DNA of 64,000 bases from an uncultured virus (IMG/VR IMGVR_UViG_3300025413_000018) (Duplodnaviria; Heunggongvirae; Uroviricota; Caudoviricetes): IMG/VR virus record IMGVR_UViG_3300025413_000018; one strand, given 5' to 3'. The notes under the pieces were generated by a model, which did not search any database, was not told the origin of the DNA, and was given only the letters and a program-made list of their open reading frames with translations. Position numbers and translations under genes: made by a program. Below, one piece after another: positions 60,118-64,000 of this stretch. Position 1 is the stretch's first letter. Every line of letters begins with the position of its first letter.

Positions 60118-60495
60118 TTAGAACTTGAAGGTCGTCGCCTTGGCCTTGCTCACGAGCAATGAGGCAATCGATAGCGGGAGCCGTTCGGCTTCCCCTCGTT
60201 CAACCCTGATCGGATACCCCAATTCGATGGCGCACTTGATACCGCTTTCATATGTTTGAAAGCAGTAGCTTACCTTCCAGTCGTCTGTACGAACCGGGAT
60301 CTGAATGTACTTTCCATCCATTACCCAGTCGTTGTTTTCCAGCCACAGGACGCCATCGTCCGTAGTATCGGGAGTCGGGCCGGATCGATCTTTGATCGCA
60401 ATCATTCCCGTGATGTCGTCTTTCCAGAACGAATGCCCATCCTCGGACTGGTACTGCTTGATCCATGCGTACTTACGTTTGACTGCTGTGCTCAT
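60118..60495 (-). CDS. Hypothetical protein bracketed by two hammerheads
   Basis: 125-aa ORF with a canonical TAAGGAG Shine-Dalgarno. Confidence 0.7.
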   Translation of the reverse strand: MSTAVKRKYAWIKQYQSEDGHSFWKDDITGMIAIKDRSGPTPDTTDDGVLWLENNDWVMDGKYIQIPVRTDDWKVSYCFQTYESGIKCAIELGYPIRVERGEAERLPLSIASLLVSKAKATTFKF

Positions 60496-60526
60496 GTTTA
60501 ACTCCTTATGCTTCTGTGTTTCTGTT

Positions 60527-60610
60527 TGACCTAGTGCTCATCAGTGCATGGTGGTCAGCCATACAGACACCCTAGGGTTGGGCGGTTAAGACACCCCTAG
60601 GATGTTTCGC
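60527..60610 (-). ncRNA. Hammerhead ribozyme, type II (HH-2)
   Basis: GC-GAAA-C-AUCCUAGGG-loop-CCCUAGGGU-GUC/UGUAUGG-CUGACCA-CCAUGCA-CUGAUGA-GC, with tail GGUCA pairing loop I UGACC. Confidence 0.9.
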
Positions 60611-60650
60611 GTTCAATCTTTCTACCTACTACTACCCGCTGGTGTCGGGT

Positions 60651-61775
60651 TTACTCTGTTAACGCCGGCTCGGCCTTGTACTTGAGCTGGTCGATTGTGC
60701 AGTCCGTTCGGGCGATGTCATCACGCTCGCCCAGGTACACGGGCTGGAACAACGAGCCGCCTTCGTAAGCATAGAGATACTGAACCTCGATCACCGATCC
60801 GATGGACGGTATCGGAATCGTACCTCCGATGGTGACGTTACCTATCGGTGTGAGTATGGGGCTTCCGTCTGCTGGATCGTAGACACCCATTCCAACCGAA
60901 CGCTTGCCTTCGGTGTGCCCAGTCACAACGACCGATGCCGTAGCAACGAACTTGAACTTGAGTTGCGTACCGCCGGATGCCGGACGGCCTGACTTGTACG
61001 CAGACATCTTCCGCTTGAACACGACTCCCTCGCCCCTCTCTTCCTTGATCACGGTGAACGCTTCACGCTTCGTTGCGTTAGTGTGCCATGACAATACCCA
61101 GTGAATGCAGTTGTCGTGACGGCTCGGCTTGCCAGCGAGGAGGTTCATCAGCTTGGTCAGACGGAAGTGGTAGGAGTTCTCCGTCATGTCCGTACCTCCT
61201 AGGGAGAGCAGATCAAAGACATGGTACTGATCCCCGATCAACTCGCCGTCGATAATGAAGTCCTGCCCTAGGTCTTCCGCCTGCTCTAGGACATTGGCTG
61301 GGATGCCACACTCCAATCCGGTTCGGTTGGTTCCGAAGACACGGCTTCCGGTTCGGTGCAACAGGATACGCTTGCCGTCCATCTTGGGTTGCATGAGCCA
61401 GTTGTCGTCCATGAACAGACGCTCCAGCTCCGACTCATCCACGGGGTTGAGGAGCTGTGGCAACACTCGGTCTGCCATCGGTGGTGGCTCGGCGACTGGC
61501 GTGGCCGGAGCCGTCATCTTGGGAGCCGAGGTGCTACTGATCTCGGTGTACCCCTTGGCTTTCTTCTCGTTGACGATCTTGGTGTAGAGGATCAATGCCG
61601 CCGTCGCGGATACAGGAGTCATGGTTTTCGTTCCATGATTCATGGTTCCTCCACGGCGTCCGTATGTGAAGTTGACGCAGTAGCCGTCTTTGACCATCTC
61701 ATCCACTCGGATGCTGTACACCTTGTCGCTACTGCCTTCGCAGTACCCTAGGGTTGTTGATACGATTGTGCTCAT
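60651..61775 (-). CDS. WGR domain fused to a minimal ATP-dependent ligase
   Basis: WGR: SDKVY...YGRRG...KGY. Ligase motifs: KMDGKR, IDGEL, VFDLL, EGVVFK, LKFK, plus a C-terminal OB-like domain. Confidence 0.85.
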   Translation of the reverse strand: MSTIVSTTLGYCEGSSDKVYSIRVDEMVKDGYCVNFTYGRRGGTMNHGTKTMTPVSATAALILYTKIVNEKKAKGYTEISSTSAPKMTAPATPVAEPPPMADRVLPQLLNPVDESELERLFMDDNWLMQPKMDGKRILLHRTGSRVFGTNRTGLECGIPANVLEQAEDLGQDFIIDGELIGDQYHVFDLLSLGGTDMTENSYHFRLTKLMNLLAGKPSRHDNCIHWVLSWHTNATKREAFTVIKEERGEGVVFKRKMSAYKSGRPASGGTQLKFKFVATASVVVTGHTEGKRSVGMGVYDPADGSPILTPIGNVTIGGTIPIPSIGSVIEVQYLYAYEGGSLFQPVYLGERDDIARTDCTIDQLKYKAEPALTE

Positions 61776-61805
61776 CGGTTTGATTCCTTTCTGGTTGTGT
61801 GGTTA

Positions 61806-62345
61806 TTACTTGTTTTCCTGTACAGGATTCTTATCGAGGGGCGTTCCCTCAAAGCTGACCCATGCCCATACCTGGACATAGGCTCCGTTGTCCTCGCCTT
61901 CGCTGACCTCGGCGTCATCGTCGATCTCAACGCCACGAGGTTCGAGTTCACCCGATGACCTCTGGCTCTTTGCCAACTGCACGATGTCCTGACGGCGACT
62001 CTCTTCCGGCGAGAGGCTTGGGTAGGCAATTCCAATGTCCTTAAAAGGCAACCCATTCTTCTTGCAGTACCTCTGCATGACCCCAGTCTTTCCCTGCTCC
62101 AGAATCTCCTCCTCTCCCAGCCACTCGACTAGCAACTGGATGCCCTCGTCGCTGATGATATCGTCGTTGATCTCGTTGCCGGATTGATCCTGATACTCTT
62201 CCAACTCGTCCTCGGTAAGCGTGACCTGCACGTTGCCGGATTCGTTGTCGAGGATTACGACGCCGCGTAAGTCGAGGCGTTCGTCGTCAGGGCAAGCAGA
62301 CATCAGCTTGCCAGCTTCAATGGTGGTGTATGTTTTGGTGCTCAT
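61806..62345 (-). CDS. Acidic hypothetical protein
   Basis: VEIDDDAEVSEGEDNGAYVQVWAWV motif. Confidence 0.65.
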   Translation of the reverse strand: MSTKTYTTIEAGKLMSACPDDERLDLRGVVILDNESGNVQVTLTEDELEEYQDQSGNEINDDIISDEGIQLLVEWLGEEEILEQGKTGVMQRYCKKNGLPFKDIGIAYPSLSPEESRRQDIVQLAKSQRSSGELEPRGVEIDDDAEVSEGEDNGAYVQVWAWVSFEGTPLDKNPVQENK

Positions 62346-62347
62346 GT

Positions 62348-62530
62348 TTACTTGGTGGCTGTGAGTTTGTCTAACTTGGCTTCGAGCTTGTCGATCTGCT
62401 TGGAGATGGCGTCGGCGTTTTCGGATTCACCTCCGGCGTATGAGTCAGCAAGTTCCCAAGCGTCAGCGGCTAATGAGATTGCTTCATTAGCTAGGCTTGC
62501 TAGTGCTTTGATTTTATTTTTGTCGGTCAT
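62348..62530 (-). CDS. Small helical protein
   Basis: 60-aa ORF with a CA-rich leader. Confidence 0.6.
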   Translation of the reverse strand: MTDKNKIKALASLANEAISLAADAWELADSYAGGESENADAISKQIDKLEAKLDKLTATK

Positions 62531-62574
62531 GTTGTGTGGTGTTGTTGGTTTGGTTTCCTGTACAGGATTGTTGG

Positions 62575-62980
62575 TTATTTCTTGGCCGCGTACTCACTGA
62601 CGCGGCGAAGGTTGTAAACATTGCTCAAGTGGTTCTTGATGAGCTTGGTGATGGCGGGTTTAAGAGATGTGAGAACATTAGGAACCATCTCCCAATCCCG
62701 GCATTCACTCCTCGGCCCTAGGATTCCCCACGCTCCAGACTCCCACACCCCGACATAAAACTTGTCGAAGTCGGGGTGTCCTATGCTGAAGGTTACATCG
62801 CGGCGTCCTGTTGGCCTAGGATTCAAGTCAGCTACGGCGTTGGTGAAGCCAAGTCCCTGCAAATGCTTGGCGATCGATAGCAATGAGCTTCATCGCTTTC
62901 TGTCGATTGAACTGGTTTTCCATTTCGTTCCGATGGTTCGTGTTGGACTCCTCGATGAGGTCGTCAAGTAGTGTGCTCAT
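62575..62980 (-). CDS. Hypothetical gene, apparently in two frames (MSTLLDD... and ...LSIAKHL...)
   Basis: A good start at 62980 stops after about 50 codons; the overlapping frame 62575..62883 has only a TTG start. Confidence 0.4.
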
Positions 62981-63115
62981 GTTTGTTTTCTTTCGTGTTG
63001 TGTTGTTGTTTGACTCCAGCGATCCGATGGATCACCAGACGGCTACGCCCTAGGGATGGAACCTTGGACGCAGGTTGTCTGATGAGAATCCTGTACGGGA
63101 TTCTGTGTGGGGTTA

Positions 63116-63238
63116 TTACTTGTTGCGAAGATCCCAGTACCGAAAGACCCGCTTGCCGTACTCGGACAGCTTGCCTTCCTTGATGACCGGCAGTCGCTTC
63201 GCCTTCGCCCAGCGGAGGAACATCATCTGCTTAATCAT
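63116..63238 (-). CDS. Small basic protein (40 aa)
   Basis: MIKQMMFLRWAKAKRLP...; overlaps the upstream stop and ends in GTAATAACC. Confidence 0.5.
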   Translation of the reverse strand: MIKQMMFLRWAKAKRLPVIKEGKLSEYGKRVFRYWDLRNK

Positions 63239-63650
63239 CTGATTCGATGTCGGCTCCGAACAGGTTGACCAAGACATCGACCAGTCCCCACGCCAAGGCG
63301 ACTGCTGGCTTGGGTGTCCCGATGTCTGGGTCACTCGTATCGACCGAGCTGATCTTCGCCTCCCACCAAGGGGAGCTGACGCTTGGGTAGTAGATACCTC
63401 TCTCGATATGGCAGAGCAGGATCTCGGCCACGCCATGTTGTCCTAGGGTAATCTCGTACCCTTCGTGGTCTCCTGGCACTCCATCCTTCTTGATCAACTC
63501 CTCGAAATACTCGGTGAGAATCGGAAGGATCAGCGGGCTGTACTCATCCGCAAAGTCGCTCATGTCAGCGAACTCCTTGCGTGCTTTGAGATCGTTGGCG
63601 ATCTGCTCTAGGACTGCGATGTCCAAGGTAGGTGTCGGTGTCGTTACCAT
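63231..63650 (-). CDS. Hypothetical protein
   Basis: 139-aa acidic ORF with a CA-rich leader. Confidence 0.6.
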   Translation of the reverse strand: MVTTPTPTLDIAVLEQIANDLKARKEFADMSDFADEYSPLILPILTEYFEELIKKDGVPGDHEGYEITLGQHGVAEILLCHIERGIYYPSVSSPWWEAKISSVDTSDPDIGTPKPAVALAWGLVDVLVNLFGADIESDD

Positions 63651-63684
63651 AGTGTGTGTATGTGTTGCTGTGGGTGTGCGGTTA

Positions 63685-63789
63685 TTACTGCTGGGGATAG
63701 AGTAGGTAGATGATCCGGCAACCTAGGGCAACCAAAAGAAACCCTAGAACGCAGGTGAGTCTGATCAACTTGTAATGATCCTCGGTCAT
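63685..63789 (-). CDS. Small membrane peptide (34 aa)
   Basis: MTEDHYKLIRLTCVLGFLLVALGCRIIYLLYPQQ; start abuts a palindrome and the stop lies in GTAATAACC. Confidence 0.5.
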   Translation of the reverse strand: MTEDHYKLIRLTCVLGFLLVALGCRIIYLLYPQQ

Positions 63790-63814
63790 AATCGTGTACA
63801 GGATTGTTGGGTTA

Positions 63815-64000
63815 TTACCGGATGGCGTAGGCCGCTTCGGCAAGATCCTCGATGAATGCCGCACGAGCCTGCTTCATGGTGTAGCCCATGTAGACCTGAC
63901 GAATGAGGCGGTTGTTGTAGACGGCGGACGCAAGAAGCGATCCGTTGTGCTGACGCTCCAAGATTACTTGAACCCTAGGGACTGCTGGCTTGGCAACAGG
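63815..64000 (-). CDS. Hypothetical protein (5' truncated by window edge)
   Basis: Open frame ...ERQHNGSLLASAVYNNRLIRQVYMGYT...; stop lies in GTAATAACC. Confidence 0.55.
   Translation of the reverse strand, partial: PVAKPAVPRVQVILERQHNGSLLASAVYNNRLIRQVYMGYTMKQARAAFIEDLAEAAYAIR

Larger units (their letters stand above)
58441..63805. promoter_or_regulatory. Seven dispersed copies of the palindrome AATCCTGTACAGGATT (operator-like)
   Basis: Variants at 58441, 60015, 60030, 61814, 62554, 63087 and 63790, nearly all just upstream of gene starts. Confidence 0.7.

Noticed and set aside
63079..63110. Plus-strand CTGATGAG followed by a hairpin, as a third hammerhead
   Set aside because: The stem is followed by TGTG, not GAAA, and it lies on the non-transcribed strand.
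1..64000. Amber (TAG) recoding suggested by abundant CTAG
   Set aside because: Long genes are uninterrupted in the standard code, and TAG ends genes at sensible positions (e.g. 25853, 27955, 53889).

Overview
The window is most or all of a temperate tailed dsDNA phage genome; no host housekeeping genes are visible. A Verrucomicrobia-type host and podovirus-like morphology are guesses from gene style, not proven. The left arm (minus strand) holds a candidate origin, tRNA-Cys, primase and NTPase, family A polymerase, dNMP kinase, SSB, an SF2 helicase/Cas4-like fusion, a RuvC-like resolvase, Xis, three ribbon-helix-helix (RHH) proteins and a tyrosine integrase next to a candidate attP. The middle (plus strand) holds terminase, a sulfotransferase + CysC module, lysis genes, portal, scaffold, capsid, tail genes and a 3384-aa ejection-type protein. 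The right arm (minus strand) holds accessory genes, including a MoxR/VWA pair and a WGR-domain ligase. The strongest unexplained signals are five. (1) Two type II hammerhead ribozymes bracket one orphan ORF and should excise it as a ~471-nt RNA. (2) The palindrome CCCTAGGG is strongly over-represented genome-wide (about 38 copies by hand count vs about 1 expected). (3) About 20 exact GTAATAACC motifs sit at gene starts. (4) Seven copies of a 16-bp palindrome, AATCCTGTACAGGATT, sit in the right arm. (5) A PAPS sulfation cassette lies among the virion genes. All counts are manual, and functional calls rest on motifs read by eye, not database searches.
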